From contig JABAQN010000009.1 in NCBI GenBank assembly GCA_019187495.1, positions 34,934 to 98,933 on the forward strand: DNA of 64,000 nucleotides, given 5' to 3'. The translations under genes and the position numbers were made by a program. The notes below the pieces were generated by a model. It was not told the origin of the DNA, made no database searches, and saw only the letters and a list, made by a program, of their open reading frames with translations. Each line of letters begins with the position of its first letter. Position 1 is the first letter of the stretch. Source of the DNA: Steroidobacteraceae bacterium. Its GTDB lineage: Bacteria > Pseudomonadota > Gammaproteobacteria > Steroidobacterales > Steroidobacteraceae. This document shows, piece by piece, positions 9,217 through 18,344 of this stretch.

Positions 9217-11571
9217 TCACCATTTGTAAGTTGCAGTAACCATGTATGTGCGCGGCTCTCGGAACTGACCCACACGATACATGCTGAAATCGATGTTACT
9301 GCTCAGCTCATCTTCATCCGTCAGATTGCGGCCCCAAAGTGACACATCCATCGTGCCCGGCCCGATCAGCAGATCGCTCAGCAGCAACCGGGCATTCAGA
9401 TTACGGGATGCTGGCACTGAATCGACGCCCGCAAGGTACTGCCCGCCAGCATTCGGTGCCGCGAGGCTCTTGTTCACCGGCATCATATGCATTTTCGACG
9501 TATAGGAGTAATCGAGCAGCACCCTCAGATCGCCCCAGGCGGCACGCAGCAGCCGACCCTCGAGATTCACGTTGAGTGTGTGCTTGGGCGAGTACGGCGG
9601 CTCACGGTTGCTGGCGGTGTCGATCAACGGACCACCTATCCCAACCGGTCCTCCGGGCGTCAATGGCGGCAAAAGCGCGTTATCCACGTACTTGTTGAAT
9701 TTTGCATCAAGATATCCATATCCCAGTTGCAGTTGCCAACCGTCAGCGATCGACAGAGCTGCATCTACCTCAATGCCCTTGCGTGTCGACTCGCCCGCAT
9801 TGACCATGAGCGACTGCGTTGTGCCGGGCAGGAGCTGTGTCATCTGTTGCTTGGTGATCTTCGTATGATAGAAGGCCAAGTTCAGCCGCGCTCGACCTTC
9901 GAAGAAAGAAGTCTTCATGCCGACCTCACTTGCTACTGATTTCTCCGGCATATATGGCGTAGTAACCCGCGGGTCGGCCACCTCGGGGCTAAATCCACCA
10001 CTCTGAAAACCCGTGGCCACGCGGCCGTAGAAATTCAGATCCCTGTTCGCCCTGTAAGCCAGAGCCACCATCGGTGTGGTGGCACTGAAATCCTCGCTGT
10101 AGGCGATGAACGGTAGAATCTCCGCAGCAAATGCGCCACCAAAGCCATTCGTGCGAAAACGATGAGACCAGCCTCTCTTCTCCTCCTGCGTGTATCGGGC
10201 CCCGACAGTCGCTGTCCAGCGATCGCCGAACGAATAGTCGACCTGGGAATAAACCGCCTTCGCACGCGTGCCCAAGGCATAGTCGGCACGTTGCGGCGGA
10301 CTCCCGAAGAGCGAGAAATCCTGGCTTCCCCTCGTTTCGCCATCATCGGTGAAATAGTAAAGCCCTAGCACGTACTTGAATCGCGCGCGATGACCGACCC
10401 ATTGCAGCTCGTGCGAGTCCTGCTCATAGTGCGTATTTCGACTGCTATGCGCATGCAATCCCCATACGATCGGTCCGAGGGAAATCGTATCCAGCGGTGT
10501 TCCGTCGAGATCGTTCTGATCGCTATAGCGCATAGTGCGCCTGGCGAAGATGTACTTGAGCTCATCTTCGTCGCCCGCCTGCCATGTGGCGGTGAGCGCA
10601 TGTGCATCACTCTTGCTCCGCTCATGGAGAGGATCCGCCCCGGCACCTGTGACGTCAAGCACGCTGGGCCGTGAAGTCGTAGCATAGGGAGTGAGTGCGG
10701 TCTGGATCGCCGTGCCGAGCGCCGGCCCGAAAAGAGCCGGGAATGTGCCTCGCCAGCCATTGAGCGCGTAGATTGGAATCGGGGCCGGCGTATTGGCTAC
10801 GTCGGAATAGTCGAAATCGTATATCGCGTTGAAGTTATCCGAAAACTCGAGCATCAAGGAGGCACGCGCGGCCTCGCTATCCTGAGCGCCGAGGTCGGGG
10901 CCGCCAAGATTTTCCACCCATCCGTCACGCTTCTGCTTGCGCGCACCGAAAGCCAGGCTCGCGATCCCGACGCGCGGCAAGTCGAGACTGCCCCTGATCG
11001 CACGATGATCAAGGTTGCCAAGTTCGACTCCTGCGGAGCCTCGAAACTCTCCCGACGGGCGACGGGTGACAAAGTTGATCGCGCCACCCTCGGTATTGCG
11101 CCCGAAGAGTGTACCTTGAGGTCCACGCAGAACCTCTACCCGTTCGATATCTACGACATCGAAGATGTTGCCTTGGGATTTACCGAGATATACTCCGTTG
11201 AGATAAATTCCCACGGACGGCTCTCCGTAGATCGCCACTTGCCCGGGAAAGCTGCCGCGGATGCTTACGCGTGAAATCAGCGATCCGCCCGGGCTTTCTC
11301 GAAACATGAGATTTGGCGCGAGCGCATTCAGGTCCGCGAGGCCGGCAATGCCGCGGCTCTGAATTTGCTCCGCGCCAATAGCCGTGATCGAGATCGGCAC
11401 ATCCTGAAGATTCTCCGCACGTTTCTGGGCAGTGACGACGACTTCCGGCAATGCCATGCTCTCGTCTGCCGGTGGCGCCTCTTGTGCGACTGACGATGTT
11501 GACATGCCCCATGCCGCAAGCAGCGAAGCAGCAACTCGCACACTTCCGGCAGCGCCCGTTCGCGAGATCAT
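9217..11571 (-). CDS. TonB-dependent outer-membrane receptor
   Basis: 784-aa ORF with a signal peptide, the plug motif LPEVVVTAQKRAENLQDVPISITAI and a C-terminal aromatic end ...VTATYKW. It ends 27 nt upstream of the sulfatase start, which suggests an operon. Confidence 0.92.
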   Translation of the reverse strand: MISRTGAAGSVRVAASLLAAWGMSTSSVAQEAPPADESMALPEVVVTAQKRAENLQDVPISITAIGAEQIQSRGIAGLADLNALAPNLMFRESPGGSLISRVSIRGSFPGQVAIYGEPSVGIYLNGVYLGKSQGNIFDVVDIERVEVLRGPQGTLFGRNTEGGAINFVTRRPSGEFRGSAGVELGNLDHRAIRGSLDLPRVGIASLAFGARKQKRDGWVENLGGPDLGAQDSEAARASLMLEFSDNFNAIYDFDYSDVANTPAPIPIYALNGWRGTFPALFGPALGTAIQTALTPYATTSRPSVLDVTGAGADPLHERSKSDAHALTATWQAGDEDELKYIFARRTMRYSDQNDLDGTPLDTISLGPIVWGLHAHSSRNTHYEQDSHELQWVGHRARFKYVLGLYYFTDDGETRGSQDFSLFGSPPQRADYALGTRAKAVYSQVDYSFGDRWTATVGARYTQEEKRGWSHRFRTNGFGGAFAAEILPFIAYSEDFSATTPMVALAYRANRDLNFYGRVATGFQSGGFSPEVADPRVTTPYMPEKSVASEVGMKTSFFEGRARLNLAFYHTKITKQQMTQLLPGTTQSLMVNAGESTRKGIEVDAALSIADGWQLQLGYGYLDAKFNKYVDNALLPPLTPGGPVGIGGPLIDTASNREPPYSPKHTLNVNLEGRLLRAAWGDLRVLLDYSYTSKMHMMPVNKSLAAPNAGGQYLAGVDSVPASRNLNARLLLSDLLIGPGTMDVSLWGRNLTDEDELSSNIDFSMYRVGQFREPRTYMVTATYKW

Positions 11572-11928
11572 CGGTCCTCTCCCTTTCTATCATGACCACA
11601 ATCGGAGATGGCCACTCCCCTCGCTACTATCCACATACGTCATCAAAGTGAAATAGCTGGGTAGCTCAATCGGCAACATCAAAAGGCTCACTTGACGTGC
11701 CAGAGCGTCGACCGCAGCGAGAACACGTTGGATGCCGGCGCCCGTTGCCGGCTATGCTGTCGCAACCAATCGTGATCGAGGCTTTCGGCCGGCTTCAATG
11801 GCACCGCCCTATTTGCGCGCATCATGCAGGCTCATGGCCATGCTCCGGTAGCGGACCTTCCGGAAGCCCAATTGGAGTCAACCCGCTCGGCTGTCGACCG
11901 TCATCAGCTGAGCACGAGTCCACTCGGA

Positions 11929-12228
11929 CTAGATTTCTTTTGACTCGCACACCACGTACCGCACCCGATCCGCACGTGTTCCACAGCCGCCGTCGTCTCG
12001 CCGACTTGACCACCCGAACACGATGACAAATCTGAAGGCCTCACGAGGACGCGTAAACTCCATGAACTCCGCCTCAATCGTTCTCCCAGACGCTGCCATC
12101 GCCCACTCGATTACCAGACGATCCTGAATGGGGCATCTCGATTTCAGCGTGCGCGCGGTGTCAGCGCACAATTTCAGTTGCAGCTCGATGGCATGGTAGA
12201 TCTCGCTGATGCCTGGGGGACTATTCAT
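11929..12228 (-). CDS. Hypothetical small protein (possibly a gene fragment) in a low-GC gap
   Basis: ORF starting at the internal Met MNSPPGISEIYHAIELQLKLCADTARTLKSRCPIQDRLVIEWAMAASGRTIEAEFMEF... I recognise no family. Its composition is less Arg/Pro-skewed than typical shadow ORFs. Confidence 0.2.
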   Translation of the reverse strand: MNSPPGISEIYHAIELQLKLCADTARTLKSRCPIQDRLVIEWAMAASGRTIEAEFMEFTRPREAFRFVIVFGWSSRRDDGGCGTRADRVRYVVCESKEI

Positions 12229-12532
12229 TGCATCGGACGCGCGACAGGCCGCCGGCTTCCGGTGTCGCAGTCTCGAATATTTTTGCCAGTGCAGTTCCCG
12301 GCTCGATCGGTGAACTGGTGGCCGACGCGACGGGAGACAACAGCAGTGCCACATTCCGCTTCATGAGATTCAAGCTTGCAGTCAGATTTCCCGATCTGAA
12401 AATCAGGTATCGGGGATGTACGGTATCGATTACGGCGAGCCCCTCTGCCGCGATCTTTGATCCATTCTGCTGTTGCTGCGCATACTGCCCCGACGGATAC
12501 TGCATCACAGCTCCAGGAAGGGATGATGGGCC

Positions 12533-13774
12533 ATGCAAAAGCGACTCCCCCCACGCAAGGTTCTCTACGGCGGCGCAATGCTCGATCAAAAGGAGATCGA
12601 CGCCGTGGTCAAGGTCATGCAGAAGGGCATGGCCATCGGCAAGCAGGTGCAGACGTTCGAGAAGCGCTGCGCAGAAGTCATGGGCCACAAGTACGGCGTG
12701 ATGGTCAATTCGGGCTCCTCGGCTCTCATGCTGGCGATGCGCATGCTGAACCTGCCAAAGGGTTCTGAAGTGATCACGCCCGTGCTCACCTTTTCCACCG
12801 ACGTGGCGTCCATCGTGCATGCGGGCTACGTGCCGGCATTCGTCGATGTGGAGCTCGATACCTACCAGATCGATATCGAGCGAATCGAACGCATGATCGG
12901 GTCGAACACGCGTGCAATGCTCGTGCCGAATCTCGTCGGTGGGACGCCCGATTGGGACCGTCTGCGGGCACTTGCAGACAAGCACAATCTCAAGCTCGTC
13001 GAGGACAGCTGCGATACCCTCGGCGGAACACTCCGTGGCACGAAAACGGGGCTCCGGGCGGATATCTCGGTAACGAGTTTCTCGATCTTCCACATCATCA
13101 CCTGCCTCGGCAACGGCGGCCTCGTCGCCGTCGATGACGAAAAGCTCTGGGACTGGGGCCTGATGGCGCGTTGCTGGGGCCGTTCCTCGGAGAAATTCAT
13201 GCACGGCACGCGCGTGAATGACAGCGACGGACGTTTTCTCGAGGATCTCGATGGCATTCCTTACGACGGCATGTTTATCTTCGAGGATGTCGCCTACGGC
13301 TTCATCCCGAACGAGGCGGGCGCGGCGTTCGGTCACGAGCAGCTCAACAAGCTCGACATGTTCTGGAAGCTGCGCGATCGCAATTTCCAGAGCCACCGTC
13401 GCTTCCTTGACAAGCACCCGGATCTCTTCATCCCCGCACGCCTCCTGCCCGGTGTAGATACCACCTGGATCTGCTACCCCGTGCAGCTGCGGCCCGAGAC
13501 GGGCTGGAGCCGTCGTTCCCTGCAAGTGCATCTGGAAGATGCTGGCATCAACACGCGTGTGATCTTCTCCGGGAATATCACCCGCCATCCGATGATGAAA
13601 GGTGTCACCTACCGCAGCGATCCAGGGGGCTACCGCAACGCTGATCAGATCATGGAACAGGGCCTGATGCTGCCTTGCCATCCGACAATGACCGAAGACG
13701 ACTGCAGCTATCTCTATCAGACCATCGAGGACTGGATCGCCCTGCAGCGCAACCGGAAGACAGCCTCAGGCTGA
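12533..13774 (+). CDS. DegT/DnrJ/EryC1/StrS-fold PLP/PMP enzyme with His at the Schiff-base Lys position (sugar 3-dehydratase-like, RfbH/ColD type)
   Basis: 413-aa ORF with GKQVQTFEKRCAEVMGHKYGVMVNSGSSALMLAM. Its active-site segment is TSFSIFHIITCLGNGG, against the aminotransferase consensus SFHxxKxxTxGEGG. GGAAGGGA lies upstream of the ATG. Confidence 0.8.
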   Translation: MQKRLPPRKVLYGGAMLDQKEIDAVVKVMQKGMAIGKQVQTFEKRCAEVMGHKYGVMVNSGSSALMLAMRMLNLPKGSEVITPVLTFSTDVASIVHAGYVPAFVDVELDTYQIDIERIERMIGSNTRAMLVPNLVGGTPDWDRLRALADKHNLKLVEDSCDTLGGTLRGTKTGLRADISVTSFSIFHIITCLGNGGLVAVDDEKLWDWGLMARCWGRSSEKFMHGTRVNDSDGRFLEDLDGIPYDGMFIFEDVAYGFIPNEAGAAFGHEQLNKLDMFWKLRDRNFQSHRRFLDKHPDLFIPARLLPGVDTTWICYPVQLRPETGWSRRSLQVHLEDAGINTRVIFSGNITRHPMMKGVTYRSDPGGYRNADQIMEQGLMLPCHPTMTEDDCSYLYQTIEDWIALQRNRKTASG

Positions 13775-13779
13775 CGGCC

Positions 13780-14718
13780 ATGGAACTGCGCCCGCTCGGC
13801 CGGACGGACCTCCGCGTTTCCGTGGTAGGGCTCGGCGGCAACAATTTCGGCTGGAAAGCCGACCTTGCGGGCACCCGCTCGATCATCGACCGAGCACTCG
13901 CGTGCGGCGTGAACATTATTGACACCGCCGACAGCTATGGCCCCTCGGAGGACTTCATCGGCGAGATCCTGGGCGAGCGACGCAAGAACGTGGTGCTCGC
14001 CACCAAGTTCGGCTCGCCCATGGACACGGAGGGTCGGAAGAAAGGTGCTGGACGCGCTTACCTGATGACGGCCGTCGAATCGAGCCTGCGCCGCCTGCGG
14101 ACGGACTGGATCGATCTCTATCAGCTGCACTACCCCGATCCGGCGACACCCATCGAGGAGACGTTGCGCGCGCTCGAGGATCTCATCACCCAAGGCAAAG
14201 TGCGTGCCATCGGTTGTTCGAACCTCTCGGCCGCGCAGCTCGGCGAAGCGCAGGAAACCGCAAGGCAGATCGGTCTCGCGGGCTTTGCGTCCACACAGAA
14301 CGAATATAGCCTGCTCGTGCGGAATATCGAGAGCGAGCTCGGCCCGCAGATCGCGAAGTACGAGCTGGGGCTTCTGCCCTACTTCCCGCTCGCCAACGGA
14401 CTGCTGACCGGAAAGTACCAGCCCGGGAAGCCGCCACCGGCCGAGTCACGCCTGGCCGATGCCCCACCGTTCTTCGACAGCTACCGCGAGGCGTCGAAAT
14501 GGGAGATGGCTGCAAAGCTCCAGGCCTTCGCCACCGCGCGCGGGCACACTCTTCTCGAACTTGCGTTCTCCTGGCTCGCCGCGCAGCCAGGCGTCGCGAG
14601 CGTCATCGCCGGTGCGAGCCGACCCCAGCAGGTTGAGCAGAATGCGCGTGCCGCAGGCTGGAGACTCACGAGCGCCGAGCTGGCCGAGATCGACCGCATG
14701 ACCAGGCCGGCGCAGTGA
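13780..14718 (+). CDS. Aldo/keto reductase
   Basis: Internal Met of ORF 13675..14718: MELRPLGRTDLRVSVVGLGGNNFGW ... IIDTADSYG ... typical AKR. It starts 5 nt after the DegT-like stop. Confidence 0.88.
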   Translation: MELRPLGRTDLRVSVVGLGGNNFGWKADLAGTRSIIDRALACGVNIIDTADSYGPSEDFIGEILGERRKNVVLATKFGSPMDTEGRKKGAGRAYLMTAVESSLRRLRTDWIDLYQLHYPDPATPIEETLRALEDLITQGKVRAIGCSNLSAAQLGEAQETARQIGLAGFASTQNEYSLLVRNIESELGPQIAKYELGLLPYFPLANGLLTGKYQPGKPPPAESRLADAPPFFDSYREASKWEMAAKLQAFATARGHTLLELAFSWLAAQPGVASVIAGASRPQQVEQNARAAGWRLTSAELAEIDRMTRPAQ

Positions 14719-16352
14719 ACGGGAAGAACCGCTTCGACTTCGTGATCGCCGGCGGCGGCTCGGCCGGCTGTGTGCTCGCCCGGCGACTGTCGGACGATCC
14801 GGCGCTGCGGGTACTGCTCGTCGAGGCCGGAGTGCGGGATCGCAGCCCCTTGCTCAGTGCCCCGGGCGGGTTGCTGCAAATCATGCGCTCAGGGTCCTAC
14901 GCATGGCGCTACAGCTCGGTACCGCAGCGGCAGCTGAACGATCGCGTGCTCTATGTTCCCCGTGGCAAAGTACTCGGAGGTGGGTCTTCCATCAACGGCA
15001 TGGTCTACGACCGAGGCTCGGCGCGCGACTTCGACCGTTGGAACGAGTTGGGCAACGAGGGCTGGTCATACGCCGAGGTGCTACCCTACTTCCGTCGCGC
15101 CGAGACCTACGAGCCGGGAGCAAACGACTTCCACGGCGGAGACGGGCCGATACATGTCAGCCGCCCGCAGGTAAAACACCCGCTCGCCCGCGCTTTCGTC
15201 GAGGCAGGCGCGCAGGCCGGCTACCCGCATAACGAAGATACCAATGGCGCCCGCCGCGAAGGCTTCGGGCCGGTCGATGTCACGGTCGGCCGCGGCCGGC
15301 GCTCGAGCACGTCGTCCGCCTATCTGCGTCCCGTGATGAATCGCCCGAATCTGTCGGTGATCACCGGCGCGCACGTGACACGCATCCTGTTCGAGGGCCG
15401 GCGCGCCGTCGGTCTCAGCTATCGGCGGGGCGGCAGGGACTACACTGTCCGCGCGGCGCGCGAGGTGATCCTCTCGGCCGGCGCGATCAACTCGCCGCAG
15501 ATCCTGATGCTCTCCGGCCTCGGGCCCGCGGATCATCTGCGCGCGCACGGCATCCAGCCACTCCTCGATCTGCCGGGCGTGGGCGGCAACCTTCAGGATC
15601 ACCTGGCCATCACGGTCAAACACCGCTGCCTGCAACCGATCTCGATGTTCAAGTACTTCAGCCCGTTGAAGGGCACTGCGGCACTCGCTCGATACCTTCT
15701 ATGGCACGAGGGCCCGCTCGCGGATCCGGGCATGGAAGCGGCGGGCTTCGTGAAGTCGGAGACCCAGGAGCCCGAGCCCGACATCAAGCTGCTGTTCGTC
15801 ATGGCGCTCTACCGAAACCACGGTCGCGATGTCATTCCCGAACACGGTTTCTACGCGCACATCAACTGCCTGCATCCCGAGAGTCGCGGTACAGTACGGC
15901 TCGCCTCGGCCGATCCCGCTGCACCGCCTCTCATTGATCAGAACTATCTGAACGAGCCGCGGGATCTCAGCATCATGCGCCGCGGCGTGCAGATCGCCCG
16001 TGAAATTTTTGCTCAGCGTCCTTTCGATGCCTATCGGGGCGACGAGCTCGAGCCCGGACCGGCCGTACTGAGCGATGCGGAAATCGACCGCTCCATTCGC
16101 TCGAACGCCGATGCCGACTATCACAGCGTCGGCACGGCGCAGATGGGCCGGGACGCGCAGACCGTCGTGGACGAGCGCCTGCGCGTGCACGGCATCGACG
16201 GACTGCGCATCGTCGACGCCTCCATCATGCCGAGAATCGTAGGCGCCAACACCAACATGGCTGTCATCATGATTGCGGAAAAGGCGGCCGACATGATCCT
16301 GGACCGCCCCGCCCTGCCGTGTGCCGATCCCGTCCGCGATCATGCCCCCTGA
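14715..16352 (+). CDS. GMC-family FAD oxidoreductase (choline/alcohol dehydrogenase-like)
   Basis: 545-aa ORF with the FAD fold FDFVIAGGGSAGCVLARRLS and the GMC signature region GKVLGGGSSINGMVY. Its GTG start overlaps the AKR stop (GTGA). Confidence 0.9.
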   Translation: MNGKNRFDFVIAGGGSAGCVLARRLSDDPALRVLLVEAGVRDRSPLLSAPGGLLQIMRSGSYAWRYSSVPQRQLNDRVLYVPRGKVLGGGSSINGMVYDRGSARDFDRWNELGNEGWSYAEVLPYFRRAETYEPGANDFHGGDGPIHVSRPQVKHPLARAFVEAGAQAGYPHNEDTNGARREGFGPVDVTVGRGRRSSTSSAYLRPVMNRPNLSVITGAHVTRILFEGRRAVGLSYRRGGRDYTVRAAREVILSAGAINSPQILMLSGLGPADHLRAHGIQPLLDLPGVGGNLQDHLAITVKHRCLQPISMFKYFSPLKGTAALARYLLWHEGPLADPGMEAAGFVKSETQEPEPDIKLLFVMALYRNHGRDVIPEHGFYAHINCLHPESRGTVRLASADPAAPPLIDQNYLNEPRDLSIMRRGVQIAREIFAQRPFDAYRGDELEPGPAVLSDAEIDRSIRSNADADYHSVGTAQMGRDAQTVVDERLRVHGIDGLRIVDASIMPRIVGANTNMAVIMIAEKAADMILDRPALPCADPVRDHAP

Positions 16353-16716
16353 CCCGCAGTCGATGAAAGCCGCGATGCAGGCCTATATCGATGGCCTCAA
16401 TCGCGGCGATACTGACGCGGTGATTGCGCTATTCGCGGACGATGCGATCATTGAAGATCCGGTCGGCACTGAGCCCAAGCAGGGGCCGGCCATCCGTGAG
16501 TGGTTCCGCCAGGCTGTTGCGATGAGGGCACAACTCGCGCTCGCGACTCCCATCCGAGGATCGCACGGCAATGCGGCGGCGATGGCCTTCACCGTGACCA
16601 CCGAATGGGAAGGCCGAAGCGTCCGAATCCGCTCGCTCGACGTGTGTACTTTCGACGAGGCGGGCCGCATCAACCGTCTCGAGGGATACTGGGGACCCGA
16701 CGACGTCGAGGGTTGA
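16342..16716 (+). CDS. ksi: Steroid delta-isomerase (3-oxo-delta5-steroid isomerase, KSI) homologue
   Basis: MPPDPQSMKAAMQAYIDGLNRGDTDAVIALFADDAIIEDPVGTEPKQGPAIREWF closely parallels my recollection of Comamonas testosteroni KSI (..[44 protein letters not shown]..). Counterparts of Tyr14 (QAY), Asp38 (IEDPVG) and Asp99 (SLDVCTF) are present. The 124 codons fit the ~125-aa KSI. This start is chosen to keep the KSI-like N-terminal length and overlaps the GMC 3' end by 11 nt. Confidence 0.8.
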   Translation: MPPDPQSMKAAMQAYIDGLNRGDTDAVIALFADDAIIEDPVGTEPKQGPAIREWFRQAVAMRAQLALATPIRGSHGNAAAMAFTVTTEWEGRSVRIRSLDVCTFDEAGRINRLEGYWGPDDVEG

Positions 16717-16728
16717 GGGGACAATGCA

Positions 16729-17493
16729 ATGCGTGGCTTGAGAGACAAGGTGGTCGTGATTGCTGGCGGCGGCAGTGGCATCGGCGCGGCCACGGCACGG
16801 CGGCTGGCCGAGGAAGACGCGCGGGTCGTGATCGGAGACCTGTCCGCCAACGCCGCCCGATCGGTCGCGCGCAGCATCGAGTCGGCGGGCGGACGAGCGA
16901 CCGGCCTCGCCTTCAATGTGAGGGACACGGCCTCCGTGGCGCGCCTGATGCAGGTGGCGATGGATGCCTTTGGTCGGCTGGACGCGTTACACGTCAACGC
17001 CGCCGACATGGGCGCGATCCGCGAAGATCCGGACGCCGCCGAAATCTCCTTCGAGCTCTTCGATCGCACGATCGCCGTGAATCTTCGCGGCCATCTGCTG
17101 TGCACCCAGCAGGCGCTGCCACACCTGTTGCGCAGCGCCGGCTGCGCCATCGTCTACACGACATCCGAGTCTGCCTACATCGGAGAGCCGACTCGCGTGG
17201 CCTATGCCATGAGCAAGAGCGGCTTGAACGCGCTCATGCGTCACGTCGCCTCGCGCTGGGGTCGCCATGGCCTGCGCGCCAACGCCGTAGCCCCGGGCCT
17301 CACCCTCACCGAGGAAGTCGACCGTTCGCTGGATCCCGAGCTGCGCGACAAGTCCCTTGCCGAAGTGCACAGCACGCGCCTCGTGTCACCGCAGGATGTC
17401 GCGGCGACGGTGGCTTTCCTGCTTTCTGATGATGCCGCTTCCATCAACGGGCAGGTCATCAGCGTCGATGGTGGGCGGACGATGCGCGCATGA
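16729..17493 (+). CDS. Short-chain dehydrogenase/reductase (SDR)
   Basis: 254-aa ORF with VVVIAGGGSGIGAATARRLAEEDARVVIGD. GAGGGGA RBS lies upstream. Confidence 0.9.
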   Translation: MRGLRDKVVVIAGGGSGIGAATARRLAEEDARVVIGDLSANAARSVARSIESAGGRATGLAFNVRDTASVARLMQVAMDAFGRLDALHVNAADMGAIREDPDAAEISFELFDRTIAVNLRGHLLCTQQALPHLLRSAGCAIVYTTSESAYIGEPTRVAYAMSKSGLNALMRHVASRWGRHGLRANAVAPGLTLTEEVDRSLDPELRDKSLAEVHSTRLVSPQDVAATVAFLLSDDAASINGQVISVDGGRTMRA

Positions 17494-18344
17494 CCAGCGA
17501 TATCGATCTCATCGCCAATTGCTGGACGATCGCGGGAGATTTCCTGCCCGCACCGGGGCGCAGCGCCTGCCCGATTCCTCTCGAGGAACGTCTCGCTGCC
17601 GCTGCCGAAGCCGGCTATACGGGAGTCGGGTTTTTCCACGGCGATCTCATCGCGTATCTCGATCGGGGCGGCAGTTTTCGCGCGCTTCGCAGCCGTCTCG
17701 ATGCCCACGGCATCCGCCATGTCGAACTCGAGTATCTCACCGACTGGTTCGCAGACGGCGAGCGCCGACAACGATCCGATGCGATACGGCAAGATCTGTA
17801 TGTCGCAGCGGATGCGCTACGCGCTCGGCACATCAAGGTCATGCCACCTTTCGGCAACGAAGGCTGGTCCCGGCAGCGGCTGATCGACGAATACGGCGAG
17901 CTCTGTGCCGAGGCTGAGGACCACAACCTCCTCATGCCCATCGAGATGATCCCATTCTCAGACCTGCCGACACTGGACGCCGCCCTGTCGATTCCGGCGG
18001 GCGCGGAAGCCGCAAACGGCGGGCTTCTGATCGACGTCTGGCACGTAGTGCGTTCGGGTGGCTGCTTCGAGGACATCCAGCGCGTGCCTTCACGCTACCT
18101 CCTGGCCGCGGAAATCGACGACGCCGACCGCGTGATGCGCGGTGAAATTCGCGAAGACACGATGCACCACCGCAAGTTCTGCGGCGAGGGCGATTTTGAC
18201 GTACCGGCCTTCATCGCCGCGATGACTCGCGCGGGCTATCGCGGACCTTATGGCGTAGAGATCCTGTCCGACGAACTGCGGCGCCTGCCGCTCGCAGAAG
18301 CCGCTCGGCGCAGTTTCAGGACGGCGAGGGCGCAGTTCCGATGA
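17490..18344 (+). CDS. Sugar phosphate isomerase/epimerase (xylose-isomerase-like TIM barrel) family protein
   Basis: 284-aa ORF of typical family length and pattern (..AAAEAGYTGVGFF.., ..HIKVMPPFG.., ..IEMIPFS.., ..GGLLIDVWHV..). ATGA overlaps on both sides (17490 and 18341). Confidence 0.75.
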   Translation: MTSDIDLIANCWTIAGDFLPAPGRSACPIPLEERLAAAAEAGYTGVGFFHGDLIAYLDRGGSFRALRSRLDAHGIRHVELEYLTDWFADGERRQRSDAIRQDLYVAADALRARHIKVMPPFGNEGWSRQRLIDEYGELCAEAEDHNLLMPIEMIPFSDLPTLDAALSIPAGAEAANGGLLIDVWHVVRSGGCFEDIQRVPSRYLLAAEIDDADRVMRGEIREDTMHHRKFCGEGDFDVPAFIAAMTRAGYRGPYGVEILSDELRRLPLAEAARRSFRTARAQFR

